Assembly (NCBI GenBank): GCA_963840035.1
Contig: CAWIXE010000003.1
Coordinates: forward strand, 96,001 to 160,000
Length of the DNA stretch: 64,000 bases
Source of the DNA: a candidate division FCPU426 bacterium
GTDB taxonomy: Bacteria; Oederibacteriota; PGYV01; Palsa-1178
Reading direction: 5' to 3'
The notes under the pieces were generated by a model. It was not told the DNA's origin, did not search any database, and saw nothing but the letters and a program-made list of their open reading frames with translations. Position 1 is the first letter of the stretch. Each line of letters opens with the position of its first letter. Position numbers and translations under genes: made by a program. Below, in pieces: positions 30,098-40,052 of the stretch.

Positions 30098-30200
30098 GTC
30101 TCAATGATCTCAGTGGTCTCAGAAATCTCAAAAGGGAAAGGCAAAGTCGCGTTAGTTTTCCGGCTATTGAGATTATTGAGACTTTTGGGATTATTGAGAC
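30098..30200. repeat. Inverted nonamer array
   Basis: gtctcaatg atctcagtg gtctcagaa atctcaa / ttgagatta ttgagactt ttgggatta ttgagac. Confidence 0.88.
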
Positions 30201-30213
30201 TTTCTTGACGGAA

Positions 30214-30750
30214 TTAATTCACGTGGTTCATCACAAATAAATCCTGCCCCTTAGCGTCGTCTATGACTATCGCGTAAAAGTCCTCAATTTCCAGCTTGTA
30301 TATGGCCTCAGGCCCCAGTTCGGGGAAGGCTATTACCTCTGATTTCTTTATTGTCCTTACATATTCAGCGCCCAGGCCGCCCATGGCTGAAAAATAAACA
30401 GCTTTATTCTTTTCAATTGCTTCCTTTACCGCAAGCGAGCGTTCGCCTTTTCCTATCATGCCCTTTAAGCCGTGTTCCAGCAGTATGGGGGTAAAAACGT
30501 CCATGCGTGAGGATGTTGTTGGGCCGCAGGAGCCTATGACGTTTCCTTCTTTTGCCGGAGTAGGCCCGCAATAATATATGACCTGATTGGTAAGGTCAAA
30601 GGGCAGTTTGGAGCGCTTATGCATGAGTTCCACGACTTTAGCGTGGGCAGCGTCGCGCATGGTATATATGGTTCCGGAAATTAAGACTTCGTCCCCGGCT
30701 TCCAGATCATCTATAGTTTCTGCGTCTAAGGGTGCTGTGATGCGCTTCAT
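30214..30750 (-). CDS. Fe-S fumarate hydratase, beta subunit
   Basis: GTIYTMRDAAH, YYCGP, GPTTSSRM, IGKG, ELGPEAI. Confidence 0.92.
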   Translation of the reverse strand: MKRITAPLDAETIDDLEAGDEVLISGTIYTMRDAAHAKVVELMHKRSKLPFDLTNQVIYYCGPTPAKEGNVIGSCGPTTSSRMDVFTPILLEHGLKGMIGKGERSLAVKEAIEKNKAVYFSAMGGLGAEYVRTIKKSEVIAFPELGPEAIYKLEIEDFYAIVIDDAKGQDLFVMNHVN

Positions 30751-30763
30751 TTATGCTCCGTTT

Positions 30764-30866
30764 ATTTTATATTTTAGATTTTAAATTTTAGATTTAAGGT
30801 GTGCTTCGCACTTTATGATAAAAGACGAAACCTTAAATATAAAATTTAAAATATAAAATCTAAAAT
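30764..30866. repeat. Inverted heptamer array (ATTTTAG family)
   Basis: attttat attttag attttaa attttag atttaagg / ccttaaat ataaaat ttaaaat ataaaat ctaaaat. Confidence 0.9.
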
Positions 30867-31705
30867 TAGATTGTAAAAGATTTATGCCTCGCGGAATGGC
30901 ACTGTATGTTTACCGCGACCGGCAGGCTGGCTATGTGGCACGGTTTTGTCTCTATCTTGACCGCGAGCACTGTCGTTTGCCCGCCAAAGCCAAGCGGGCC
31001 TATATTCAGCGTGTTCAATGCCTTATAAAACTGGTGCTCCAGTTTTGCGGCGTTCTTGTCGCTTTTATTAAAGTCGTCCACATTCCTTAAAAGCGCTTTT
31101 TTTGCCAGTATGGCGCAGGTTTCCATGTTGCCGCCGATTCCAACGCCTATTATATAAGGAGGGCAGGCAGAAGCGCCGGCTTTCTTTACCGTTTCCATGA
31201 CAAAATCCTGAATTCCCTCTACGCCGTCGGAAGGGTTCAGCATTTTAAGGGCTGATTTATTTTCGGCTCCGGCGCCTTTTGTCATTATTGAAATTTTTAT
31301 ATTTGGGCCCCTTACGAGTTTGGTATGTATTATGGCCGGGGTATTTGTCCCGGTATTTTCCCGGGTTATCGGGTCGGCGACTGATTTCCTAAGGCAGCCT
31401 TTTTCGTAACCCTGTTCGACGCCTTTGTTGATAGCCTTATATATGTCGCCGTCTATGGCCACTTCATTGCCGACCTCAAGGAAAACCACGGCAATGCCGG
31501 TGTCCTGGCACAGCGGGTATACGCCTTTTTTCGCAATCTTGTGGTTCTCGGCTATTTTATACAGGATGTTCTTGGGTTTTTTATCCTCTTCGCGGGCGGC
31601 AGAGTCTTTGATGGCCGTTAATACGTCATAAGGAAGAAAATGATTGGCATCAATGACAAGCTGGGATACAACGTCTGTGATTTTTTTACAAGTGATTTCA
31701 CGCAT
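30866..31705 (-). CDS. Fe-S fumarate hydratase, alpha subunit
   Basis: PLCQDTG, KGAGAEN, ACPP, CHIASLPVAVNIQCH; start MREIT. Confidence 0.92.
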   Translation of the reverse strand: MREITCKKITDVVSQLVIDANHFLPYDVLTAIKDSAAREEDKKPKNILYKIAENHKIAKKGVYPLCQDTGIAVVFLEVGNEVAIDGDIYKAINKGVEQGYEKGCLRKSVADPITRENTGTNTPAIIHTKLVRGPNIKISIMTKGAGAENKSALKMLNPSDGVEGIQDFVMETVKKAGASACPPYIIGVGIGGNMETCAILAKKALLRNVDDFNKSDKNAAKLEHQFYKALNTLNIGPLGFGGQTTVLAVKIETKPCHIASLPVAVNIQCHSARHKSFTI

Positions 31706-31716
31706 ATGCACCTTCG

Positions 31717-31789
31717 AGTCCCAAGCCCCAAGACTCATGACCCAAGTGAAGGCTTTCCACTTGAGTCATGGGTCCTGGGTCATGAGACT
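31717..31789. repeat. Inverted heptamer array (TGACCCA family)
   Basis: agtccca agcccca agactca tgaccca agtg / cact tgagtca tgggtcc tgggtca tgagact. Confidence 0.92.
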
Positions 31790-32720
31790 ATATTTTATCC
31801 TTTATCTTATCTATCTGTTCCTTTATAGACGCTGCCGAGGCTTCAAGCAGTTTCTTTTCTTCGGGTGAAAGTTTAATATCAACTATCTTCTGAATCCCTG
31901 AGCCGCCAAGGACAACCGGCAGCCCTATGAAGAGGTCATTAAAACCGTATTCGCCTTCCGTAAATACCGAGCAGGGAAGGGTGGCCTTTCTGTCGTTTAT
32001 CAGGCACTCCATCATGCGTACAGTTGACGCGGCCGGAGCGTAATACGCGCTTCCGGTTTTTAAAAGGGCCACAATCTCAGCCCCTCCGTTGCGCGCCTTG
32101 TCGGTTAATTCCGTTACTTCCGCGGCAGGCACATGGGCGGAGAGTTCTTTTCCGGCCACTTTTGTATGCGAGACAAGCGGCACCATGGTGTCGCCGTGCG
32201 AGCCGAGTATCATGGATTCTATGTAGTTGGAAGGGACTTTCAGCCTGTTTTGTATGAAGTGGTAGAACCTGTATGTATCAAGCACGCCGGCCATTCCCAT
32301 GACGCGGTGCCTGGAAAAGCCGGTGACTTTGTAAGCTGTATACGCCATGACATCAAGAGGGTTTGAAACGATGATGACAAATGGGTTCTTTTTTGAGGCT
32401 TTAATCTTTAAGGAAACATCCTTGATTATTTCGAAATTCTTGAAAAGAAGGTCGTCCCTGGTCATACCCGGTTTCCTGGCAAGCCCGGCTGTCACCACTA
32501 TTACGTCAGCGTCCATTATCTGCCCGTAGTCATCGCCGCCTTCCACTTTCGCGTCGGAACCAAAAAGGAATTTTGACTGGTTTAAGTCTATGGCTTTTCC
32601 TTTGGCCATGTCGGCCGCGACGTCAAGCAGATATATGTCCCCTAAATTTTTCATGAGCGCGATGTGCGCTGTCGTCGCGCCGACGTTGCCGGCGCCGATT
32701 ATGCCGATCTTGGTTTTCAT
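31788..32720 (-). CDS. mdh: Malate dehydrogenase (LDH-like)
   Basis: GAGNVG, TAGLARKPGMTRDDL, SNPLD, GSHGD, KTGSAYYAPA. Confidence 0.94.
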   Translation of the reverse strand: MKTKIGIIGAGNVGATTAHIALMKNLGDIYLLDVAADMAKGKAIDLNQSKFLFGSDAKVEGGDDYGQIMDADVIVVTAGLARKPGMTRDDLLFKNFEIIKDVSLKIKASKKNPFVIIVSNPLDVMAYTAYKVTGFSRHRVMGMAGVLDTYRFYHFIQNRLKVPSNYIESMILGSHGDTMVPLVSHTKVAGKELSAHVPAAEVTELTDKARNGGAEIVALLKTGSAYYAPAASTVRMMECLINDRKATLPCSVFTEGEYGFNDLFIGLPVVLGGSGIQKIVDIKLSPEEKKLLEASAASIKEQIDKIKDKI

Positions 32721-32734
32721 AAGGTCTCCTTAGT

Positions 32735-32806
32735 ATAGCTCAGAGCCCAGAGCCCAAAGCTCAAGGGAATGCTCCTCCTTGGGCTATGGGCTTTGGGACA
32801 TAGGCT
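32735..32806. repeat. Inverted heptamer array (AGAGCCC family)
   Basis: atagctc agagccc agagccc aaagctc aagg / cctt gggctat gggcttt gggacat. Confidence 0.9.
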
Positions 32807-32808
32807 TG

Positions 32809-34014
32809 TTATTTCATGTTCTCCACTATTTTTGTCGCAAACTCCGAACAGCGCACTTCAGTCGCGCCTTCCATCTGCCTTGCCATGTCATATGTGACGA
32901 ATTTCTGCGTGAATGTTTTTTCCATGGCTGATATTATCAGGTTCGCGGCTTCCACCCAGCCCATGTGCTCGAGCATCATGACGGCCGAGAGTATAAGGGA
33001 ACCCGGGTTTATCTTGTCCAAGTTGGCGTACTTTGGGGCGGTGCCGTGTGTGGCTTCGAACATGGCGAATTTTCCGATGTTCGCTCCGGGCGCGATGCCC
33101 AGTCCGCCGACCTGCGCTGCCGCCGCGTCAGAGAGGTAATCGCCGTTTAAGTTCGGCGTGACCACCACGTCATATTCATCGGGCCTTAAAAGCACCTGCT
33201 GGAACATGGCGTCCGCTATGCGGTCTTTTACGATTATTTTTCCTTCGGCCGATACGCCGGGTTTCATGTCTGATTCTTTTATTATCATGTCCTTAAAGTT
33301 CTCGTCAGCTTCCTTATAGCACCATTTCGCGAAGGCGCCCTCGGTATACTTCATGATGTTGCCCTTGTGCACTATGGTGACGGACTTCTTTTTGTTTTTT
33401 ATGGCGTACTGCATGGCCATCCTCATTAACCTGCGCGAACCGAACTCGCTCATGGGCTTGATGCCGATTCCGCTTTCGGAAAGTATTGACTTGTTGAAGT
33501 TGTCGTTGATGAAAGAGATCATTTTCTTGGCTTCTGCCGAACCGGCTTCCCATTCTATCCCGGCGTATACATCCTCGGTGTTTTCCCTGAAGATGACGAT
33601 GTTAAGCTTTTCAGGGTGCTTTACCGGGGAGGGGACATTTGTAAACCAGCGCACCGGCCTGACGCAGGCGAAGAGGTCCAGCCTCTGGCGCAGCGTTACA
33701 TTTAACGACCTTATGCCGCCGCCGATGGGCGTGGTTAACGGGCCCTTAATGGAGACCACATAGTCTTTTACAGCTTCTATTGTTTCTTCCGGAAGGTAAG
33801 TTCCGTATTTTAAGTTTGCCTTTTCACCGGCGTAAATTTCTTTCCATTCAATTTTCCGGGTTCCGTTATATGCCGTTGCGACGGCGCCGTCGACTACCGC
33901 GGCCGTGGCTTTCCAGATATCCGGCCCAATCCCGTCGCCTTCTATGTAGGCAATGATGGGGTTATCAGGTACGACAAGTTCGTTCTTTTCGTTTAAGGTT
34001 ATTTTTTCAGCCAT
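32809..34014 (-). CDS. icd: Isocitrate dehydrogenase (E. coli-type, probably NADP+)
   Basis: [49 protein letters not shown]. Confidence 0.96.
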   Translation of the reverse strand: MAEKITLNEKNELVVPDNPIIAYIEGDGIGPDIWKATAAVVDGAVATAYNGTRKIEWKEIYAGEKANLKYGTYLPEETIEAVKDYVVSIKGPLTTPIGGGIRSLNVTLRQRLDLFACVRPVRWFTNVPSPVKHPEKLNIVIFRENTEDVYAGIEWEAGSAEAKKMISFINDNFNKSILSESGIGIKPMSEFGSRRLMRMAMQYAIKNKKKSVTIVHKGNIMKYTEGAFAKWCYKEADENFKDMIIKESDMKPGVSAEGKIIVKDRIADAMFQQVLLRPDEYDVVVTPNLNGDYLSDAAAAQVGGLGIAPGANIGKFAMFEATHGTAPKYANLDKINPGSLILSAVMMLEHMGWVEAANLIISAMEKTFTQKFVTYDMARQMEGATEVRCSEFATKIVENMK

Positions 34015-34017
34015 TTT

Positions 34018-35418
34018 TTACTCCACGTTTTTTGAGAATTTAGCGTAGATTTCAGGGAGGTGTATCTTTGTGAAATCGATCATTTCCTCGTCGGAAATGC
34101 CGATGGTACGCTCGCCTTCATACGCCTTGTCTACTGCCGATTTGATTATCTTTACTCCTTCGGCGTCTTTCGTAATTTTTTCTGCCGCGGGAACTTTGAA
34201 GTAGTTGTTTACCCAGTAAGCGATGCCTGCCACGCCGGACTTGTCGGTGATGCCGACCATGGGCGGCCTGTTCAATATTTTTTCCGTATCAAAGATGTTA
34301 TAGATCTCTTCGCTCTTTGAGATGCCGTCGGCGTGTATGCCGGCTTTTGTCAGGTTGAAGTTCTTTCCCACAAAAGGCCTGTTAGTGGCGATCTCAACTC
34401 CCATTTCGTGGTGCATGAAATCCGCAATCTCGGTTATGACTGTGGTGTCAATTTTTTCCTTGCCCTCCCTGCCGCGGAATGAAAGGTATTCCATTACAAG
34501 CGCTTCAATCGGGGTATTGCCGGTGCGTTCGCCGATTCCGAGCCACGCGCCGTTGGCTGCCGAGCACCCGTAAAGCCATGAATGCGAGGCGTTTGTTAAG
34601 CCGCGGTAAAAGTCATTATGCCCGTGCCACTCCAGCCATTCTGAAGGCACTTCAGCGTGTTTGTTAAGGCCGTAAATAATTCCGTGCACATTCCTGGGAA
34701 GCGCGGCGCCCGCTATGGCTATGCCGTATCCCATGGTGTCGCAGGCCCTTACTTTAACCGGCATGTTGTATTCCTTTGAAAGTTTCATCAGCTCGCGCGC
34801 GAATGGAATTACAAAGCCGTAAATATCGGCGCGTGTGATATCTTCAAAATGGCAGCGCGGGATGATGCCGTTGTCAAGCGCGGCGCGGACAATCTTTAAA
34901 TAGTTTTCCATGGCCTGTTTGCGGGTCCATTTAAGCTTAAGGAAGATATGATAATCAGAAACTGATGTAAGGATGCCGGTTTCTTTTAATCCCATTTCTT
35001 TTACAAGCTTGAAGTCCGATTCCACAGCCCTGATCCAGCCGGTTACCTGAGGGTACTTATAACCGCGCGCCAGGCATTTTTCAACCGCTTCGCGGTCCCT
35101 TTTAGTGTAAAGGAAAAATTCCGTCTGCCTGATAAGCCCGGAGTCGCCGTCAAGCTTGTGCATAAGGTCAAAGAGCTGAACTATGTGCTCAACCTTGAAA
35201 GGCGGCAAAGACTGCTGGCCGTCGCGGAATGTAGTGTCTGTAATCCACGCGTTTTCGACGACGTTCATCGGAACGAGGCGCTGGTTGAAAATAATGCGCG
35301 GCACATCTTCATAAGGGAACATGTCCCTGTAAAGCTGCGGTTCGGCTACATTTTGTAGCTCGTAGTGGTAAAATTCTTCCTCAAACAGGTTAATCCTTTT
35401 GTTGAAATTTAATGACAT
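34018..35418 (-). CDS. Re-citrate synthase (DRE-TIM/LeuA superfamily)
   Basis: ITDTTFRDGQQS, CHFEDITRAD, EWHGHNDF, GIGERTGN, AGIHADG; no LeuA regulatory tail; heads the icd-mdh-fum operon. Confidence 0.8.
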   Translation of the reverse strand: MSLNFNKRINLFEEEFYHYELQNVAEPQLYRDMFPYEDVPRIIFNQRLVPMNVVENAWITDTTFRDGQQSLPPFKVEHIVQLFDLMHKLDGDSGLIRQTEFFLYTKRDREAVEKCLARGYKYPQVTGWIRAVESDFKLVKEMGLKETGILTSVSDYHIFLKLKWTRKQAMENYLKIVRAALDNGIIPRCHFEDITRADIYGFVIPFARELMKLSKEYNMPVKVRACDTMGYGIAIAGAALPRNVHGIIYGLNKHAEVPSEWLEWHGHNDFYRGLTNASHSWLYGCSAANGAWLGIGERTGNTPIEALVMEYLSFRGREGKEKIDTTVITEIADFMHHEMGVEIATNRPFVGKNFNLTKAGIHADGISKSEEIYNIFDTEKILNRPPMVGITDKSGVAGIAYWVNNYFKVPAAEKITKDAEGVKIIKSAVDKAYEGERTIGISDEEMIDFTKIHLPEIYAKFSKNVE

Positions 35419-35632
35419 AACAGCCTCCTGAAATAGAGTTATTAGCTTAAAGTTTAAATGTCCGGCGTCGTGGTTGTGGTTGTTACAACTTCAAACCTGT
35501 AACCCTAGACTTTAAACACGCAGCCTTATATAATAATGAAGAAGCGTTTGCATAAGGCCTTAAACAGCTTATTTACCAATAAGCAAAAGGATTATATAGG
35601 AATGGGTCGGAATTGTCAAACGGGAAAAAGCC

Positions 35633-35727
35633 GATTTTCAATTTGAAATTTTCAATTTTCAATTAAAAACAAGGCGTTTTATTGTTTTGTGCTTAATTAA
35701 AAATTTAAAATAGAAAATTCAAAATTG
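35633..35727. repeat. Inverted heptamer array (AATTTTC family)
   Basis: gattttc aatttga aattttc aattttc aattaa / ttaatt aaaaatt taaaata gaaaatt caaaatt. Confidence 0.82.
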
Positions 35728-35787
35728 GTTTTATCTTGATTTATATGGTAATTTAATATATATTATCTTCACTTACAGGAGGCACGC

Positions 35788-36822
35788 GTGGAACTGGATC
35801 AGATTGTTAAAAAGTTGAAAAGCGAGTTAAAAGAGGTTTCAGGCAAGCGGGTTCTGGTATTGTCCGGCATCATGCTTTTTGCCGTTTCCATAGTTTTTTG
35901 CTCGGTTTTCATATCCACAAGAGAATCCGTGGCAAACACCCCGTTTCAGCCGGCTTCTTTTAAGGACATCATGAAGGATAAAGGGCAGAACATAGGGGCC
36001 CTGTATAAAGACAGCTACGCTGAAGTGTCAAAAAGGGACAAGGACCTTGCTTATCTGCTGCTGAGGGAAAAATTTAAGGGCAAAAACGTCGCGTTTACCC
36101 TGTATAAGGTAAAACTCGGAGAGAATTTCTGGGGCATAGCCAAGGACCACGGAGTGAATATAGACACAATTATTGCGGCAAACCCTGACATGAACGATTT
36201 AAAATCATATTCCAACCAGCAGGTTATAATTCCGTCAAAACGCGGGGTCATACACGAGGTCAATGAAAACGGCGAGAACGCGGCCACGCTTGCGAACGTG
36301 TATAAAGTTGACAAGGCGGAAATAGAAAAAAACAACGACCTTTTCCTCGGAATGATGAACAGGGGAGACCTGATATTCATACCTGACGCGAAGCCGGTGT
36401 TTATCAGCGAGAATCTCAAGAAACTTTTTGCCAAGCGCAACATGTTCCGTTCCCCGCTTTCAGGAAAATACACTTCCTTAACAGGGGTAAGGATACATCC
36501 TGTGACAGGCGATAAGACAGTGCATCAGGGCGTCGATATAAAGGCGGACATGGGTTCATGGGTTGGAGCGTCAGCTGACGGCACCGTCATATTCGCGGGC
36601 TGGGCAGGGAACCTGGGCTACGCGGTTAAGATAAAACATAAAGACGGCTATATGTCGGTTTACGGACACTTAAGCAAAATATTTGTCCATGAAGGCCAGA
36701 AGGTTTTCGCGGGAAAACTTGTGGCAAAGACAGGCAATTCCGGAAGGACAACCGGCCCGCACCTTCACTTCGCGATTTATAAGGACGGGAGCCTGCAGGA
36801 CCCTTTAAAGTTCCTGTGGTAA
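35788..36822 (+). CDS. LysM plus M23 peptidase
   Basis: TM anchor, YKVKLGENFWGIA LysM, HQGVD, YGHLS, TGPHLHF. Confidence 0.93.
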   Translation: MELDQIVKKLKSELKEVSGKRVLVLSGIMLFAVSIVFCSVFISTRESVANTPFQPASFKDIMKDKGQNIGALYKDSYAEVSKRDKDLAYLLLREKFKGKNVAFTLYKVKLGENFWGIAKDHGVNIDTIIAANPDMNDLKSYSNQQVIIPSKRGVIHEVNENGENAATLANVYKVDKAEIEKNNDLFLGMMNRGDLIFIPDAKPVFISENLKKLFAKRNMFRSPLSGKYTSLTGVRIHPVTGDKTVHQGVDIKADMGSWVGASADGTVIFAGWAGNLGYAVKIKHKDGYMSVYGHLSKIFVHEGQKVFAGKLVAKTGNSGRTTGPHLHFAIYKDGSLQDPLKFLW

Positions 36823-36825
36823 GAC

Positions 36826-36921
36826 GATTCTGAATTCTGGATTCTAAATTTTGGATTAAAATAACCGGGACTAAAGCTGGGGTTTATATATCTAATGTCT
36901 AATATCGCATATCAAATATCA
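36826..36921. repeat. Degenerate pair of heptamer arrays
   Basis: gattctg aattctg gattcta aattttg; aatgtct aatatcg catatca aatatca (poorly complementary). Confidence 0.6.
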
Positions 36922-36932
36922 GGCCGGCAATA

Positions 36933-38423
36933 ATGCGCATAGTTTTTGCTTACCCTCCGCGTTTTGTCGACGGCAAGATCCCCCTTCTCGGGCAGAACAG
37001 GCAGTTTAAGTATACCCATTCAAACGAAATAAAAATATACCCACTCATCCCGGCTTATACTGTCACCATTTTAAAGCGCGACGGACATGATGTGCTTTTC
37101 CTGGACGCGATAAACATGGGGATGACCGGCGAGGATTTTGAAAAACAGCTGACGGATTTTAAGCCTGACATGGTAATCACCGAGACAAAAACACCCATTA
37201 TAAAATTCCACTGGGGCTGGATAGATTACATGAAGACGCAGCTGCCTAACGCGAAATTTGTTTTAGTCGGGGACCATGTAAGTTTCTTTCCTGATGAATC
37301 ACTGCAGAAGTCGAAGGTTGATTATGTTGTCGCGGGCGGGGATTATGACATATCGATTTCCATACTGGTAAAATACCTTGAAGGCAAAGGCGGCATGCCC
37401 GCGGGCGTGCACTACAGGACAAAAATTTTAACTCCCACGGCAGGATACCAGGAAATAAAAAACTCAGGAAAACCCGAGTTATATAACGACCTTGATTCGC
37501 TCCCGTTCATTGACCGGGACATAACGCACTGGGAAATATACGGCGAGGCTTACTTGTACAGGCCGTGCGCGTACATACTGACAGGACGCGGCTGCGGCAG
37601 GGAAGGCAAGGAAACAGGCGGGGTATGCACCTTCTGCATATGGCAGCACGCTTTCTGGCAGAGAAAGGCGCGCCTGCGTTCGCCTAAGAACGTGGCGGAT
37701 GAAATAGAAATACTTGTTAAAAAATACGGAGTATATGAAATATTTGACGATAATGAGTCGGGTGCGGTATGGTCACAGCCATGGCTTGAAGGATTCCTTG
37801 TAGAGATTGAAAAACGTGGTTTAAAGGGAAAGTTCATAATATCCACAAACGCGCGCGCTGAAAATCTGACCGAGGAAAAATGCAGGCTCATGAAAGCCAT
37901 AGGCTACAGGCTCCTGAAAGTCGGGCTTGAAGCGGGCACCACTGATTCACTGCGCAGGATGGGAAAACTTGAGTCAGTTGAAGAAATAATGGAAAACGTA
38001 AAGCGCGCAAAAAGATACGGTTTCAGGGTAATGCTCACAATGATGGTGGGTTATTCGTGGGAAGACGTACAGGACGTGAAGCAGACTTACAAAGTGGCAA
38101 AGGAACTCATGCTGTATAAAACGCATTTCGGCGATTCCCTTCAGGCGTCCATCATAATGCCATACCCGGGCACGCCCTTATACCGCGACGCGGAAAACCA
38201 CGGCTGGCTGACTGAAGCGGGGAAAGATTATGAAAAGATGGATATGGAGCATGACATTTTAAAATCAAATTATGACAATGTTTACTGGTGCAAAAAAATG
38301 TGGAACATACACAAACATCCGCTGTTTTTGCTCAAAAGCCTGCTGACGCTGAATAATAAAAGGGACATAGCCCTGGCGTTTCGCGGGGTTAAGTCTTTGC
38401 TGGGGCATACGAAAGATTATTAA
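36933..38423 (+). CDS. B12-binding-domain radical SAM protein
   Basis: N-terminal B12-binding-like fold, LDSLPF, GRGC-x10-CTFC, FDDN, VGLE, PYPGTPLY. Confidence 0.85.
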   Translation: MRIVFAYPPRFVDGKIPLLGQNRQFKYTHSNEIKIYPLIPAYTVTILKRDGHDVLFLDAINMGMTGEDFEKQLTDFKPDMVITETKTPIIKFHWGWIDYMKTQLPNAKFVLVGDHVSFFPDESLQKSKVDYVVAGGDYDISISILVKYLEGKGGMPAGVHYRTKILTPTAGYQEIKNSGKPELYNDLDSLPFIDRDITHWEIYGEAYLYRPCAYILTGRGCGREGKETGGVCTFCIWQHAFWQRKARLRSPKNVADEIEILVKKYGVYEIFDDNESGAVWSQPWLEGFLVEIEKRGLKGKFIISTNARAENLTEEKCRLMKAIGYRLLKVGLEAGTTDSLRRMGKLESVEEIMENVKRAKRYGFRVMLTMMVGYSWEDVQDVKQTYKVAKELMLYKTHFGDSLQASIIMPYPGTPLYRDAENHGWLTEAGKDYEKMDMEHDILKSNYDNVYWCKKMWNIHKHPLFLLKSLLTLNNKRDIALAFRGVKSLLGHTKDY

Positions 38424-38617
38424 CTGAGCATCCTGATACTTGTATTGTCCTTGTGGTGGGCGTATATCATGCGCCCGCGCTTTGTTTTTGTCAAAAAATC
38501 CAGCCCAGTCAATGACAAAACACCCTTGAAGCCCATGTATAACAATATTGCTAAATTTGTTTTACATATTACCTGCCCTGTGTTATAATAATATCGAAAA
38601 CCACACAGGAGGCCTTT

Positions 38618-38866
38618 ATGAAAACACAACTTAAAGCCGTGAGGCTTGAAAAGAAGATCATGGATTCCCTCGAACCCCTAATGAAAAGGAAACATTACAA
38701 TTTTTCCGAGGTGGTCACCGAGGCGCTTGAAGGCTACATAGAAGAACAAAAACTCGCTGAAGCGGTTAATGGGGCTTTTGGCGCATGGAAAGAAAAAAAC
38801 CACCCTGAATTTAAAAACGGCGTTGAAGCGTATGTAAGGAAGGTAAGAAAGGGCAGGAAATTTTAA
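38618..38866 (+). CDS. Putative ribbon-helix-helix antitoxin
   Basis: AVRLE..NFSEVVTEAL..AFGAWK; overlaps PIN gene start. Confidence 0.75.
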   Translation: MKTQLKAVRLEKKIMDSLEPLMKRKHYNFSEVVTEALEGYIEEQKLAEAVNGAFGAWKEKNHPEFKNGVEAYVRKVRKGRKF

Positions 38867-39237
38867 TGGCGTTGTTTGACACGGATGTGTTGATAGACGT
38901 GTTGCGCGGCACTAAAGGGGCTAAAGAAGCGGTTCTAAAAAATGCGGGTCCAAATAATCTTATAAGCGCCATAACCTACGGTGAGATACTTTTCGGCATG
39001 CGCGGCCATGAGGACGAAATGACACTGAAGCTGTTATCGGCATTCCAGGTAATTGCTGCGGATAAATCCATTGTCGAGGCTGCAATTGATATAAAGCGGA
39101 AAGCAAAGGGGCATGACCTGGAGCTTTTTGACTGCATTATAGCCGCGACGGCGATGGTTACGGGAATGGAATTAATAACAAGGAATAAAAAACATTATCC
39201 GGATAAGAGGGTCAAGGTGGTTGTACCGGAGTATTAG
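38866..39237 (+). CDS. vapC: PIN-domain toxin (VapC family)
   Basis: FDTDVLID, ITYGEI, DCIIAATA, LITRNKKHY. Confidence 0.9.
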   Translation: MALFDTDVLIDVLRGTKGAKEAVLKNAGPNNLISAITYGEILFGMRGHEDEMTLKLLSAFQVIAADKSIVEAAIDIKRKAKGHDLELFDCIIAATAMVTGMELITRNKKHYPDKRVKVVVPEY

Positions 39238-39353
39238 TCTGGCTATAGTAGCGGCAGGATTATCCTCTTCGCATAGCTTCGACGGACATGGTATCCTGCC
39301 GTACGAAGTGCCGGGCGCATATAATGCGCCCGCTACAAAATATGGAGGGAAAC

Positions 39354-39677
39354 ATGAAAAGAATAGTAACCGGGATTATGTTTGGCTCTATCGCAGGCGT
39401 GCTGGACGTCATACCTATGATTTTGCAAAAACTCAGCTTTGACACGGACATATCGGCTTTTTGCATGTGGGTGGTTTCGGGTTTCCTGGTTTCAGTGATA
39501 AACATAAAAGTTCATTACCTTATAAAAGGCGTAATTGTCCCGTTTTGTGTTGCTCTGCCGGCGCTGGTTCTGATTGGCTGGAAAGAACCCTTCAACCTGA
39601 TACCAATCGGCATAATGACGGTAATTCTCGGGTTGGGGCTGGGGTTTGCAGTGGAAAAGTGGAACAAGGCGGTTTAA
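39354..39677 (+). CDS. Small hypothetical membrane protein
   Basis: ggagg RBS; four hydrophobic segments. Confidence 0.7.
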   Translation: MKRIVTGIMFGSIAGVLDVIPMILQKLSFDTDISAFCMWVVSGFLVSVINIKVHYLIKGVIVPFCVALPALVLIGWKEPFNLIPIGIMTVILGLGLGFAVEKWNKAV

Positions 39678-39958
39678 GACTTTATTTGCTTTTCCTCGTC
39701 TTTTTTTTCGTAATCCCGCAGCACTTCCGCTGGAATCAATTTTGATATTATAAACATGCCCAATGCCGCCAGCGTTGCGTCGTCCAGCCAGCCTAAGACA
39801 GGGGCAAAATCAGGGATAAAATCAAAGGGAAGGATGATATATGATATTATGATGACGCCTATAAGTTTCGGGACCCACGGAGTGCGCTTATCAAAAAGTG
39901 CCTTAATAAGGTGAAATACCTGGTGAAAAAAACCGATTGAGTTTGTTTTATTTTTCAT
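39674..39958 (-). CDS. YkvA/DUF1232 family protein
   Basis: RTPW..K, YIILPFDFIPDFAPVLGWLDD. Confidence 0.9.
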   Translation of the reverse strand: MKNKTNSIGFFHQVFHLIKALFDKRTPWVPKLIGVIIISYIILPFDFIPDFAPVLGWLDDATLAALGMFIISKLIPAEVLRDYEKKDEEKQIKS

Positions 39959-40052
39959 GTTGTTATTTTACCATATAAACGCCTAAAAGTTATTAAAAAT
40001 GGACATAAATACACTTGACAAAAAGTTAAACTAAATGTAAAATGTGGTTACC

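Noticed and set aside
38420..38629. 69-aa minus-strand ORF or gene remnant
   Set aside because: No recognisable motif or RBS, and it overlaps the antitoxin promoter and start.
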